NCBI GenBank assembly: GCA_965208675.1
Contig: OZ242351.1
Span: forward strand, 4,192,001-4,256,000
DNA: 64,000 nucleotides
Direction: 5' to 3'
Source of the DNA: Candidatus Poribacteria bacterium
Lineage (GTDB): Bacteria; Poribacteria; WGA-4E; PCPOR2b
Both the position numbers and the translations under genes were made by a program. Shown here piece by piece: positions 1 to 10,160 of this stretch. Under the pieces are notes generated by a model. It was not told where the DNA came from, made no database searches, and saw only the letters and a list, made by a program, of their open reading frames with translations. Position 1 is the first letter of the stretch. Each line of letters opens with the position of its first letter.

Positions 1-3000
1 CGTGATGGGATTGGCCAGATTGACGTGATGATGGAGTATACCCTCTTCGGCGACCCGGCGATGAATCTAGCAATGGCGGATTATGAGATGCAACCCGAGG
101 TTAAGACCAAAACGGTAGCGCCGGGTGAAACACTCAGAATCGCTCCGGGTGAGATTTTTGAAGTCGAATACAATCCTGGACGAAAACAGAAACAATTTAC
201 TCCATTGTCGGATTTTAACGGGACGTTACAAGTTAAAGCCGTGTTCCCCGGTACTTATAAACTTGTTGAGCGAGAGGAAGGCGTGGTTGAGGCTTACTCC
301 GGCGATGTGGTTATTATGCAGGACACAAGCATCAGAAATGGTAAATTCCCCGAGGTTTCCCTTCCGATACCTAAGGGAATCAGCGCGGGAAATGCCCATG
401 TTGAATATTACGCTCAGAACGCCTCTCACATTGCTGTTGGCGGTGATTCTTTCACAGTGCTTGTACCGAAAATCCTTGACATACAACCGGAGGTCGTCAG
501 CGATACGACATTCCGTATTTCAGTACAGGTCTCCGACGAGATTGAAAGCCGGGGAATAAAGAATATCCGTTTAGACTGGCGAAATCCCGTTGCACGGGAA
601 TGGATGGAGGTTACAATGCACCGAGCGCCATCGCGCGGCAAGGGTTGGTATACAACACCGAAGCCCTTACCCTTGTCCCCTGACGGTGCGCCGATTCGGT
701 ATGAAATCTTTGTGACAGATATTGATAATCACACGACAGTTTCCGATACACTTGAATTCCGCCCGTTCGTGTTCCCGAACATAAGAGTTGTTAGAGGCCA
801 AACGTATTCAGACGGTTTAATCTATTACGGCTATTCATACGACACCGAGGCATGGACGTTAAGCGTAGACATTGAACAGGTCGAAGACCTTGAGCTGAAG
901 GAAAGCGTGGAAGTTGCTTTCTTTGAAGGCAATCCGGATCTTGATGAAGATTATGTTGTCGATTCACATGCTAGTTTGATAGGCAAGGTGTTGATTCGCC
1001 CTAACAGTTGGCAGCGCAGAAATCCGCTTGAACCACACAAGACCACAATCAACGGCAACAGCCAAAAAACCCCGCTAGCGTTTACGGAAACCCCGCTCAA
1101 TACGAACTGGATAGCGACAGCGGCAATCCAGCACGAACTGGAAATGGGCGTCCACGAAATATTTACGTGGGTTGATCCGGTATTTGATTCTGATGTGGAA
1201 TCATCTCAGATTGAGTCCAAACAAGGCAAGCTGCGTGAAGGCGATGAGACAGATAACATCAACGGGCGCCGCATTTCAGTCCAAGGAATAGTTGTCGGCC
1301 AGGCGGATCGGCGTATCTTTAGTCAAGACGGCATCATTGATTTTCGCGTTCCGGCACGCAACATCCCTCAACCCGCTGTGCTGACAATTGCCCCGCTCAC
1401 CGGCAAGGAACAACTTACCTTCACGCAGCAACCAAATCTGAAGCCGATTGGGTTGCCGAACGGAAACGATGCAGTTGCCTACAATGCGGCGCTAGAACCT
1501 GCGCCGTCGGGAGACGTTCAATTAGCGGCGCCCATTATAGCGGAACTTCGTTTTGATTTAGAAGCATTGCGGATGACTGTCAGGGAAGAACTCGGCTTAA
1601 CAGAGATTTACAATCTTGAACTGGATCAGGTAAATGCCATTAACGAAGGGGCTGAGCAGCAAGCCAAGGAGATTGGCATGTACCTCTGGTTAGAGGGTTT
1701 GGAAAAATGGGTTCGGTTAAATTCGGAGTTGGTCCTTGCCTCCGATACGTCCATGGAGCTGCAACAGGTTCTATCCAGCGTCAGTGAATCCAATCGCGGA
1801 AATGGAGAAATCAACGGCGTTCAAATTGCGCCGACGGGCGCCGAACTGGGCAAATGGGTATTGGCTTTCACATCTCCTAGCACCTACCGCCTAATGGTTA
1901 GCAAGAACGAAGAGCCGTTAGAGGTGGTCAATCCGAATCGCAATCTGGAACAATTCGTAGAAACGCCTGGGCGGCCGAGTTTGGATTACGAAAATGACCT
2001 TAAAATCGGTGTAAGCCCGGGCGAAACTGATTTTGAATTTGGTGATATATTAACCTTCGAAATTGCGTTAATCGATAATGCGGACAGTGGATCCCCCGGA
2101 CTTTACGCCTCATCGTTCAAGGAGCGAAACAGTGGCACGGGTACAATCCAGTACATTCGTCTCGATCCGAATTCGTCCATACCTTCAGATCGGTGGGTGA
2201 TTCTGTTTATGGATTCAAATCGTTTTCGGGTGGAAGGAGAAAAAACCGGTATACTGTCAGAGAACGGCCGCCCCATCATGGGAAAAATCGGGGAAGAGTT
2301 TTCTTTTGCTGAATATGGATTGACACTCAGGCTTTTGGCAGGCGAGGGGAATTTTGAGCCGGGTGACAGTTTTCGGTTCGAAACGAAAGGGGTCGGACGG
2401 GTCCGCGCGGAAGTCCCGATACTCGGTAGGATGGCATTGATGCGAAGCAGCGATACTATCCCGCCGGATCTTCAATTGACCGTCGGCAAGCAGAACTTTA
2501 TTGATGGCGATCCGGTTTCAAAAGAACCTTTGATTCAAGCCACTCTGACTGACAACAGCGGTATTGATTACATCACGCGTGCGATTTCGTTAGAAATCAG
2601 CCAGGACAACCGAGAATTTAAGCTGATTCCACAAACGGAGTACCGCATGAGTCATCGCCCAGGTTCAAACCAAGTTGTTTTGAATTACCAATCTCCCGAA
2701 TTAGAGCCCGGTACATACCAAGTTCGCCTTACGGCAAGTGATGTTGAGGGAAATGAATCAGTAGATGAGATTGAGTTCCGTGTGCACAAAATTCTTCAAT
2801 TGCTCAGGGCAATGAATTTCGAGAATCCATTTCGCCATGAGACGACTATTACTTGTGAGCTTACTAGCGCTGCAGATTACGTGACCATGAAGATTTACAG
2901 CGTGTCGGGGCGATTGGTGCGCGAATTCGAAGAAGCAGCCCCCGCCGGATTCATGATGGTACACTGGGATGGGCTTGATGAGGATGGCGAAGAAGTAGCG

Positions 3001-3087
3001 AACGGGGTTTATTACTGCAAAATCCGTGTCATGATGTCCGGTCAAAAAGATCTCACTGATTATATCAAGATGATGAAATTGAAGTGA
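1..3087 (+). CDS. C-terminal part of a large C25 (gingipain/PorU-like) peptidase-family protein with Ig-like domains and a C-terminal FlgD-Ig/T9SS-type CTD; 5'-truncated by the window edge
   Basis: Frame is open from base 1. EYTLFGDPAM resembles the end of C25 catalytic domains (Y.LLGDP). DTIPPDLQL...DNSGID is as in PorU. C-terminus NFENPF...IYSVSGRLVR...WDGLDEDGEEVANGVYYCKI is a FlgD-Ig/CTD. Confidence 0.7.
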   Translation, partial: RDGIGQIDVMMEYTLFGDPAMNLAMADYEMQPEVKTKTVAPGETLRIAPGEIFEVEYNPGRKQKQFTPLSDFNGTLQVKAVFPGTYKLVEREEGVVEAYSGDVVIMQDTSIRNGKFPEVSLPIPKGISAGNAHVEYYAQNASHIAVGGDSFTVLVPKILDIQPEVVSDTTFRISVQVSDEIESRGIKNIRLDWRNPVAREWMEVTMHRAPSRGKGWYTTPKPLPLSPDGAPIRYEIFVTDIDNHTTVSDTLEFRPFVFPNIRVVRGQTYSDGLIYYGYSYDTEAWTLSVDIEQVEDLELKESVEVAFFEGNPDLDEDYVVDSHASLIGKVLIRPNSWQRRNPLEPHKTTINGNSQKTPLAFTETPLNTNWIATAAIQHELEMGVHEIFTWVDPVFDSDVESSQIESKQGKLREGDETDNINGRRISVQGIVVGQADRRIFSQDGIIDFRVPARNIPQPAVLTIAPLTGKEQLTFTQQPNLKPIGLPNGNDAVAYNAALEPAPSGDVQLAAPIIAELRFDLEALRMTVREELGLTEIYNLELDQVNAINEGAEQQAKEIGMYLWLEGLEKWVRLNSELVLASDTSMELQQVLSSVSESNRGNGEINGVQIAPTGAELGKWVLAFTSPSTYRLMVSKNEEPLEVVNPNRNLEQFVETPGRPSLDYENDLKIGVSPGETDFEFGDILTFEIALIDNADSGSPGLYASSFKERNSGTGTIQYIRLDPNSSIPSDRWVILFMDSNRFRVEGEKTGILSENGRPIMGKIGEEFSFAEYGLTLRLLAGEGNFEPGDSFRFETKGVGRVRAEVPILGRMALMRSSDTIPPDLQLTVGKQNFIDGDPVSKEPLIQATLTDNSGIDYITRAISLEISQDNREFKLIPQTEYRMSHRPGSNQVVLNYQSPELEPGTYQVRLTASDVEGNESVDEIEFRVHKILQLLRAMNFENPFRHETTITCELTSAADYVTMKIYSVSGRLVREFEEAAPAGFMMVHWDGLDEDGEEVANGVYYCKIRVMMSGQKDLTDYIKMMKLK

Positions 3088-3168
3088 TGTAAAATCTCTT
3101 TGGCGTTCCGGCGGTCCGATATGTCACCTAACTTAACGGGCGCCAGATTTTGGGGGTGGTATTGTACA

Positions 3169-4146
3169 GTGATAAATGAGAAAGTTGAAAGAGAGAGTGT
3201 TTTTGTTCATCGCATTGAAGATGAAATCGGGAAAGCCATCGTTGGACAGAAGTATTTAATAGAACGGTTGCTGATTGGGATGTTAGCCGACGGACATGTG
3301 CTTTTGGAAGGCGTGCCGGGTTTAGCGAAAACACTGTCTGTCAAGACCCTGTCGCGGGCGATCGAAACAAAGTTTCAGCGCATCCAATTTACACCAGACC
3401 TCCTACCTGCCGATGTAATAGGCACGCTTGTTTTTGACCCACAAGACAGCTCGTTCATCACTAAAAAAGGCCCTATCTTTGCCAATATTATATTAGCCGA
3501 TGAAATCAACAGGGCGCCCGCAAAAGTCCAAAGCGCACTCCTAGAAGCCATGCAGGAGAAGCAGGTAACGATTGGTGAGAAGACGTTTCAACTCGACGAG
3601 CCCTTTTTGGTATTGGCGACGCAAAATCCTATTGAGCAAGAGGGTACTTACCCACTGCCCGAAGCCCAAGTCGATCGATTTATGCTCAAGCTGAATATCG
3701 GTTATCCCACCCGGGAAGAGGAACGGGAGATTATGGAGAGGATGGCTGTCACAAGCACGAACCTCGACATTGACGCGGTTATATCGCCGGCGGATATCCA
3801 CGCCGCAAGGAAAGTTGTCGACGAAATATACTTGGACGAGAAAATCAAGAACTACATCATAGACCTGGTATTTGCCACTAGGGAACCGGCATCCTACGAT
3901 AGTCTTGGCGACTTGGATCGACTCATCGAATACGGCGCTTCCCCGCGCGCGACCATCTATTTGGCCACAGCTGCCAAAGCGCACGCTTTTATACGGGGGA
4001 GAGGTTACGTCACGCCTCAAGATGTCAAGTCAATCGGAATGGAGGTGCTGCGGCATCGAGTTATCATCACTTACGAAGCGGAAGCAGAAGAGATAACCTC
4101 CGAGGATATTGTCTCGAAAATCTTTAGCGAAGTGGAAGTGCCATAA
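3169..4146 (+). CDS. moxR: MoxR-family AAA+ ATPase (start uncertain: GTG 3169 or ATG 3121)
   Basis: GHVLLEGVPGLAKT (Walker A), RIQFTPDLLPAD, ADEINRAPAKVQSALLEAMQE, ATQNPIEQEGTYPLPEAQVDRF, YGASPRA. Confidence 0.95.
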   Translation: MINEKVERESVFVHRIEDEIGKAIVGQKYLIERLLIGMLADGHVLLEGVPGLAKTLSVKTLSRAIETKFQRIQFTPDLLPADVIGTLVFDPQDSSFITKKGPIFANIILADEINRAPAKVQSALLEAMQEKQVTIGEKTFQLDEPFLVLATQNPIEQEGTYPLPEAQVDRFMLKLNIGYPTREEEREIMERMAVTSTNLDIDAVISPADIHAARKVVDEIYLDEKIKNYIIDLVFATREPASYDSLGDLDRLIEYGASPRATIYLATAAKAHAFIRGRGYVTPQDVKSIGMEVLRHRVIITYEAEAEEITSEDIVSKIFSEVEVP

Positions 4147-4221
4147 GCGGGAAGGTTTTGCGGCAGCACCGTGACTTTATTGCGGCTTGCGGTCCGCTAA
4201 AGGAATCGTTGGTTCAACATT

Positions 4222-5001
4222 ATGAAACGGCTGCTCGAACTTAATGTTGTATTAATTTTTCTGTTTCTTTACGCGCCAATTTTGACGTTAATCGTATTCT
4301 CGTTCAACACTACAGAGCCATCTGCTGCTTGGGGGCCGCTCAGTTGGTATGCGAAGCTGTTTAAAAACCGCGACTTGTGGCACGCCTGCCGGATCAGCCT
4401 CATTGTAGCGGGGTGTTCAACCGCCATCGCAACAATTATTGGAACGATGGCTGCATTTGCCGTTGAGAGGTACCGTTTTCCACTTCGACTTGCCATGACG
4501 AGAGCGCTCTTTCTGCCGATTATCATACCGGACATTGTGATGGCAATTGCGCTCTTGACGTTTTACGTTCAGGTTCACCTTCCGCTAGGACTCGTTTCGA
4601 TTGTTGTAGCGCACGTTGCGTTCAGTATCTCGTATGTTTTGATAGTCGTTCGTGCACGACTGAAGGGATTTGACAGGTCCTTCGAGGAAGCCGCGTTGGA
4701 TCTCGGCGCGAACAGATGGAACACGTTCAGGCATATCACCCTACCGCTCATCGCACCGGGCGTCATTGGCGGCGCGCTGCTGGCGTTTACGCTGTCAATT
4801 GACGATTTTGTGATTACATTCTTTACGGCAGGCGTCGGTTACACGACCTTACCCGTTCGTGTTTACTCGACGCTAAAGTTTGGAATCACGCCGGAGCTCA
4901 ATGCCTTATCAACGCTGCTGCTGTTGAATTCTATCGGTCTTGTTATTTTATCGCTGAAGTTTCAAGGAGGGAGTGGGAGGGAGGTAATGAGTAATGAGTA
5001 A
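4222..5001 (+). CDS. potC: ABC transporter permease, spermidine/putrescine PotC-like
   Basis: FLYAPI, EAA loop EEAALDLGA, LLAFTLSIDDF, TTLPV, ITPELNALST; multiple TM segments. Confidence 0.85.
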   Translation: MKRLLELNVVLIFLFLYAPILTLIVFSFNTTEPSAAWGPLSWYAKLFKNRDLWHACRISLIVAGCSTAIATIIGTMAAFAVERYRFPLRLAMTRALFLPIIIPDIVMAIALLTFYVQVHLPLGLVSIVVAHVAFSISYVLIVVRARLKGFDRSFEEAALDLGANRWNTFRHITLPLIAPGVIGGALLAFTLSIDDFVITFFTAGVGYTTLPVRVYSTLKFGITPELNALSTLLLLNSIGLVILSLKFQGGSGREVMSNE

Positions 5002-5015
5002 TGCGTAATGCGTAA
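4984..5015 (+). repeat. Heptamer tandem repeat (GTAATGA)2(GTAATGC)2GTAA
   Basis: Read directly; overlaps the potC stop codon. Confidence 0.85.
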
Positions 5016-5075
5016 GGTCGGGGAAATACTCGTTTTCGAACAACAGTTTAGCTGCTGAAGCGGGGCGGCCTGTGG

Positions 5076-5987
5076 TTAATGGCCTGTCGTTTCGTGGTCA
5101 CTGGCGATAATTTCTGTGCCGATTCCTTCTGAAGTAAAGACTTCCAGCAATATTGCGTGGCTGATTCTGCCGTCAATGATGTGTGTCTTTTTGACGCCGC
5201 GTTCGAGCGCCGTGACGCATGCTTCGACTTTTGGCAGCATACCGCTGCTGATGACACCGGCAGCGATCAGCTGCTCAATATCATCAACTTTAATGGTCGA
5301 AATCAGCGTCGCCTCATCGTCCATCTGCCGTAGGATGCCGCGCTGATTTGTTAGCAGAATGAGTTTTTCAGCCTGAAGCGCCGCCGCAATTTCCCCCGCG
5401 GTGATATCAGCATTGATGTTGTAGGTGCAGCCATCTTCCCCAATACCGCTTGGCGCAATCACGGGGACATACCCCGCCTGATCCAGGGCAATTATAACTT
5501 CAGGGTTTACCTTTACAATGTCACCTACAAAGCCGAGATCGACAGTTGATGTGCCGCCATGCTCATCGACGATGAGGGCGACATGTTTTGATGCACGGAT
5601 AAGGTTGGCATCTTTTCCACAGAGTCCGACTGCACTCCCGCCATGCTGATTAATTAGTGAAACGATTTCCTTGTTAATTGCGCCAGCTAACACCATTTCA
5701 GCGATCTCGATCGTCTCTCGATCTGTTACCCGCAGCCCCTGCACAAACTCAGCCTCTTTGCCGATTCGCTTCATCCAACCGCTGATTTGGGCGCCGCCGC
5801 CATGGACAACCACAGGTTGCATGCCGATGTATTTCAATAATACGATGTCCTGCATGACGCTGTGCTTGAGCGATTCCTGTTCCATCGCAGAGCCGCCATA
5901 CTTAATCACGATTGTCTTTCCCGAAAATCGGCGGATGTACGGCAAAGCCTCAATCAAGATATCTGCTTTTTTTACGAGTTCATCCAT
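5076..5987 (-). CDS. argB: Acetylglutamate kinase
   Basis: EALPYIRRF, IVIKYGGSAM, VVHGGG, GLRVTD, YNINAD, GMLPKV, HIIDGR. Confidence 0.97.
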   Translation of the reverse strand: MDELVKKADILIEALPYIRRFSGKTIVIKYGGSAMEQESLKHSVMQDIVLLKYIGMQPVVVHGGGAQISGWMKRIGKEAEFVQGLRVTDRETIEIAEMVLAGAINKEIVSLINQHGGSAVGLCGKDANLIRASKHVALIVDEHGGTSTVDLGFVGDIVKVNPEVIIALDQAGYVPVIAPSGIGEDGCTYNINADITAGEIAAALQAEKLILLTNQRGILRQMDDEATLISTIKVDDIEQLIAAGVISSGMLPKVEACVTALERGVKKTHIIDGRISHAILLEVFTSEGIGTEIIASDHETTGH

Positions 5988-6086
5988 CTCCGTGTCCCGG
6001 TTGCTATAAATCGATAATCAATGGTGAGTTCATGATTTTTTAGTGATGTGTTTTTATACCTACCGCCGTGCGCTGCCCGCTGTCTG

Positions 6087-7292
6087 TCACGTTCGGTAGT
6101 CTGCGTTAATGCTAATATAATCGTATGAATAGTCGCACGTCCACATGGTGACGGTCGCATCTCCAGCGTTCAAATCGACATCAATTGCCACGGTGTCCTC
6201 GGAGAAGAGGTTTGTTGCGGTTTCCTCATCAAAACCCGCGTCCATACCGTGCTTGACAAGCTGGTAGCCGTTGAGCCGCACGTCAACCTGATACGGATCG
6301 AATTCCGCTTGCGATTTTCCAATCGCCATCAAAATCCTACCCCAATTCGGGTCCGCTCCAAAAACCGCGGTCTTTACGAGCGGCGACTCCGCGATTGCGC
6401 GGGCTGCCATCTCTCCCTCGACTTCATCCTTCGCACCTTTGACAATTACTTCAATTAATTTTGTCGCACCCTCCCCGTCTCGTGCGATCATTTTCGCTAA
6501 CTCTATACAGGCGAACTCCAATCCTTTTTGAAATTCGTCATAATCTTCGCTGCCAACTCTTGATATGATTGGATTTCCTGCGGATCCGGTCGCCAAAAGG
6601 AGCACAGTATCGTTCGTGCTGCTATCCGAATCGACTGTAATTCGGTTGAAAGATTTTGAAACAGCTTCGCGCAGCGCAGTCTGCAACGGTTCAGCGGAGA
6701 TGTTCACATCCGTCATTAGAAAACCGAGCATGGTGGCGAGGTGCGGAGCAATCATCCCTGCGCCTTTCGTCATTCCGCCAATCCTGGCCTTTTTTCCTGC
6801 AATCTCAATCTCAACCGCAAACTCCTTGGGGACGGTATCGGTCGTCATGATGGCGAGGGCGGCGTCATGTCCACTATCAGGCCGCAGTGTCCCCGCTGCG
6901 AGACGAATTCCGTTGTCGATTTTGTCCATTGGCAACTGCACGCCGATGACACCCGTTGACGCGACTAACACGAGGCTTGGATCGATGCCGAGCGCGTTTC
7001 CTGTCAACGCGGTCATCTGCCGCGCATTGGCTAATCCGAGGTCGCCCGTGCATGCATTAGCATTCTTGCTGTTAATTATAATCGCTTGCGCTGTGTGGTC
7101 ATTGAGATGTTCTCGGCACGCCAAAACGACAGGCGCGCAGACACGATTCTTTGTGAAAACGCCCGCCGCAACCGTAGGTGCGTCGGCAGCAATTAAGGCA
7201 ACATCTTTTTCGTTGTCCGGTTTCAGTCCGGCGTGTACCCCCGCTGCACGAATTCCCGGCACCGCTGTGATTCCGCCTTCTATGTGTTTCAT
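6087..7292 (-). CDS. argJ: Glutamate N-acetyltransferase/ornithine acetyltransferase ArgJ (start ATG 7292)
   Basis: NANACTG, ASTGVIG, AIMTTDT, KGAGMIAP..ATML, STNDT, DGEGATK, SPLVKTA..G.DPNWGR, INADYRT. Confidence 0.97.
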   Translation of the reverse strand: MKHIEGGITAVPGIRAAGVHAGLKPDNEKDVALIAADAPTVAAGVFTKNRVCAPVVLACREHLNDHTAQAIIINSKNANACTGDLGLANARQMTALTGNALGIDPSLVLVASTGVIGVQLPMDKIDNGIRLAAGTLRPDSGHDAALAIMTTDTVPKEFAVEIEIAGKKARIGGMTKGAGMIAPHLATMLGFLMTDVNISAEPLQTALREAVSKSFNRITVDSDSSTNDTVLLLATGSAGNPIISRVGSEDYDEFQKGLEFACIELAKMIARDGEGATKLIEVIVKGAKDEVEGEMAARAIAESPLVKTAVFGADPNWGRILMAIGKSQAEFDPYQVDVRLNGYQLVKHGMDAGFDEETATNLFSEDTVAIDVDLNAGDATVTMWTCDYSYDYISINADYRT

Positions 7293-7358
7293 TAAGACCC
7301 TCTTCCGATAGGTGCTACGAAGCGTTGACATTCGACGTTCTTATTGTCAACCCGCAAA

Positions 7359-7387
7359 ATTATAGCGAGTCGTGTGAGAATTGTCAA
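7359..7387 (-). promoter_or_regulatory. Consensus sigma70 promoter for argJ-argB
   Basis: Minus strand TTGACA-N17-TATAAT about 65 bp upstream of the argJ ATG. Confidence 0.8.
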
Positions 7388-7651
7388 TTGGATTTCCACA
7401 GGGATAGTGACAATTGAAGGTTCAACGTATAGTGGCGGATGCGCGTCCCGTGCTGTGAGTTTTTTACGGCACAAGGAGCTTGCTTACTACTTTATGACTA
7501 CGGCACAGGGCGTGCGGATACTACTTTTTTTGGATTGCTTGGAGAACGCTTTGGTGATATAATGCCACAAAAAACAGTGGCCAGACGCCGGGGTCGGTAA
7601 GATTTGGACGCAAACGATGTGTACATCGTCAATCATCAGGAAGAGCTGTAT

Positions 7652-10018
7652 TTGAATAAAACGAGAACTCTCATATATGCTTCACTAACGATATTTCTTC
7701 TCTCTCAATTTGCCGTAGATGCCTCACCGAAAGTGAACACGCGCTTACCTTCTAGTTCTGTTGCTGTGAGCGACGATGCGCTGGCGTCGTTTTTTAATCC
7801 GGCGGGTTTAGGAACGGGGCGTGGTTTTAACCTTTACTACCTGCGGTCCTATCAAAGTGATCCGGTCGGCGATGATGCCTTTTTTATTTCTACGTCGAGA
7901 GCGGGTTTCGGAATGGAATTTGCCAACGCGGGGAATGACATAGATTTCAACCGGTATACGCTGTCGAGTGGAGGGCGCCTTAGCGGTTCCTTATATTGGG
8001 GAACTGGTTATAGCTGGGTGAATTCCGAGGATAAAGATTACGATAAGCTCTCGTCATGGTCTCTGGGATTGATGCTTCGCCGCCAACATCTTTCAGTTGG
8101 CGCCATTGGACGCGATCTCAACCGTCCCCGATTCCGAGGTCATAAACTCGGTAGAATTTACGACTTCGGAATTGCACTTCGTCCAAACACCTCACGAATT
8201 ACGTTCTCTATTGATGCACGAAAAGTCGAGGACGTAAGCGGGCTTGATTTTAGTTGTGCGCTTGAGGTGAGGCCTATCAACGGGTTAACGTTGCGGGGCA
8301 ACCTGAACGACGACAGCAGTTTTGATCTGCGTTTCGGGTTTAATATCGGGCACATGGGGTTGGGAACGTATAACCGTTTCGACGACGTTGGAAAACATCA
8401 AGAAGGGGTGGGGTATTTTCATATCTCCCAAGCACTCCACACAACGCGGTACACGCGGCGTGACATATTCCTTGACGTGCGAATGAGTCAAATCGAAAAA
8501 ACGCTCAAGGCGGCGAAACGGGATTCCGAGGTTGCCGGGGCGTTAATCAGAGTCGGGGGCGGTGACTACGGGTTGGCACGACTACAAGAGATGCTGGATA
8601 TAATCTTGGATTTCCAGTCGGCGGGAAAGAAGGTAATCTGTTACATGATTAACGGTTCGACCGGAAATTACTTGCTGGCGTCGGTATCGGATAAAATTGT
8701 GCTTCACCCGTCGGGCGAGGTGCGTTTGATTGGGTTGCGATCCGAGGTTTCGTTCTACAAAGGCGTATTGGACAAACTTGGAGTTCGCGCGGATTTAGAA
8801 CACATCGGCGAATTCAAATCGGCGTCCGATCTCTTCACGCGTACGGATATGTCAGAATCGCATCGCGAAATGCTAGAATCCATATTAGATGACCTATACG
8901 ATCAGTTGACCCAATTAGTAGCGGAAGGGCGCAATTTTGCCCAAGAAGAGGTGAAGCAACTCATAGATAGAGGGCCGTTTACTGCGAAACAGGCGTTGGA
9001 AAATGGACTTGTAGATGAGCTTGCCTACCGGGATGAATTGAAGGATATTGCCAAAGCGTTGACAGGAAAGCGCCACCGCTTGGTGAAGGCAAAATCGTAT
9101 TTGGATACTGATGAGTACACTTACGAATGGGAATCGCCGCTGCCGAAGATTGCTATCGTCGAAGCAAAAGGAATGATGGTGACGGGCGAGAGTTTCACGG
9201 ATCCAATCACTGGATCAAAGACCATGGGCGCCGCTACCATCGCCCGAGCTATCAAAGCTACGCGCAAGGATTCCTCAATCAAAGCGGTCGTGCTGCGCAT
9301 TGATAGCGGCGGCGGGTTGGTCATAGCCGCAGATAGAATTTGGCGGGAGCTAATTCGCCTGAAATCCGTCAAGCCGTTGATTGTTTCAATGGGCGATGTT
9401 GCCGGATCAGGAGGGTACTATATCGCTGTTCCCGCTGACGTGATCGTTGCTGAACCGGGCACAATCACAGGATCAATCGGCGTAATCGGCGGGAAATACA
9501 GCCTCAAAGGGTTTTACAACAAGATTGGGCTTCATAAAGAGATAATCAAGCGTGGAAAACACGCCGACTTTTATACTGACAACAGCGATTATCCAGCCGA
9601 AGAACGCATTATCGTGCAGCGTCAGATTCAAGAAATTTACGACGCGTTCGTAGAGAAAGTGGCGAACGCTCGGAATATGACAAAAGAAGCGGTCGATAAT
9701 TTGGGGCGGGGCCGCATCTGGACAGGCAGGCAAGCGAAAGAACATGGGCTTGTTGACGAGCTTGGCGGATTAGCGCACGCGCTCTCAATTGCGCGAAAGC
9801 ATGCCGGACTAGCGCACAGAGAGGTTCAGCTCGTCCGACTGCCAAAACAGAGCCTGTGGTCGCAGTTTTATCACGCCTTTCATGCAGGTTATAGAACACT
9901 TCAATTACGTGAGGCAGCCTCGCTGGACATGTTTTGGGAATTCTCTCCCCTCGTAGATCTCATCGCAAAGCATCGGACATTTTTGCTAATGCCGTACCAG
10001 ATAACCGCCAATGATTGA
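7652..10018 (+). CDS. sppA: Signal peptide peptidase SppA (S49, two-domain) with N-terminal signal peptide and PorV/FadL-like beta-barrel region (start TTG 7652 inferred)
   Basis: GEFKSA (catalytic Lys), LRIDSGGG, SMGDVAGSGGYY (catalytic Ser), ITGSIGV, GRIWTG.QA...GLVDELGG. N-terminal AVSDDALASFFNPAGL followed by amphipathic beta strands. Confidence 0.85.
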   Translation: MNKTRTLIYASLTIFLLSQFAVDASPKVNTRLPSSSVAVSDDALASFFNPAGLGTGRGFNLYYLRSYQSDPVGDDAFFISTSRAGFGMEFANAGNDIDFNRYTLSSGGRLSGSLYWGTGYSWVNSEDKDYDKLSSWSLGLMLRRQHLSVGAIGRDLNRPRFRGHKLGRIYDFGIALRPNTSRITFSIDARKVEDVSGLDFSCALEVRPINGLTLRGNLNDDSSFDLRFGFNIGHMGLGTYNRFDDVGKHQEGVGYFHISQALHTTRYTRRDIFLDVRMSQIEKTLKAAKRDSEVAGALIRVGGGDYGLARLQEMLDIILDFQSAGKKVICYMINGSTGNYLLASVSDKIVLHPSGEVRLIGLRSEVSFYKGVLDKLGVRADLEHIGEFKSASDLFTRTDMSESHREMLESILDDLYDQLTQLVAEGRNFAQEEVKQLIDRGPFTAKQALENGLVDELAYRDELKDIAKALTGKRHRLVKAKSYLDTDEYTYEWESPLPKIAIVEAKGMMVTGESFTDPITGSKTMGAATIARAIKATRKDSSIKAVVLRIDSGGGLVIAADRIWRELIRLKSVKPLIVSMGDVAGSGGYYIAVPADVIVAEPGTITGSIGVIGGKYSLKGFYNKIGLHKEIIKRGKHADFYTDNSDYPAEERIIVQRQIQEIYDAFVEKVANARNMTKEAVDNLGRGRIWTGRQAKEHGLVDELGGLAHALSIARKHAGLAHREVQLVRLPKQSLWSQFYHAFHAGYRTLQLREAASLDMFWEFSPLVDLIAKHRTFLLMPYQITAND

Positions 10019-10160
10019 ATACAGGGTTAGATAAATCGGACGGATAGTGTGTACGATAATTTTTGAGGACTATCGCCTAAGATCCTTATTCGGACGCTTA
10101 ATCTATTCGTGCAGTTAATCGTATTCACCTACGAGAGCGGAATGTAAGCAGGAGATTACG

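Noticed and set aside
6565-7311. 248-aa plus-strand ORF
   Set aside because: Antisense shadow of argJ with no recognisable motifs.
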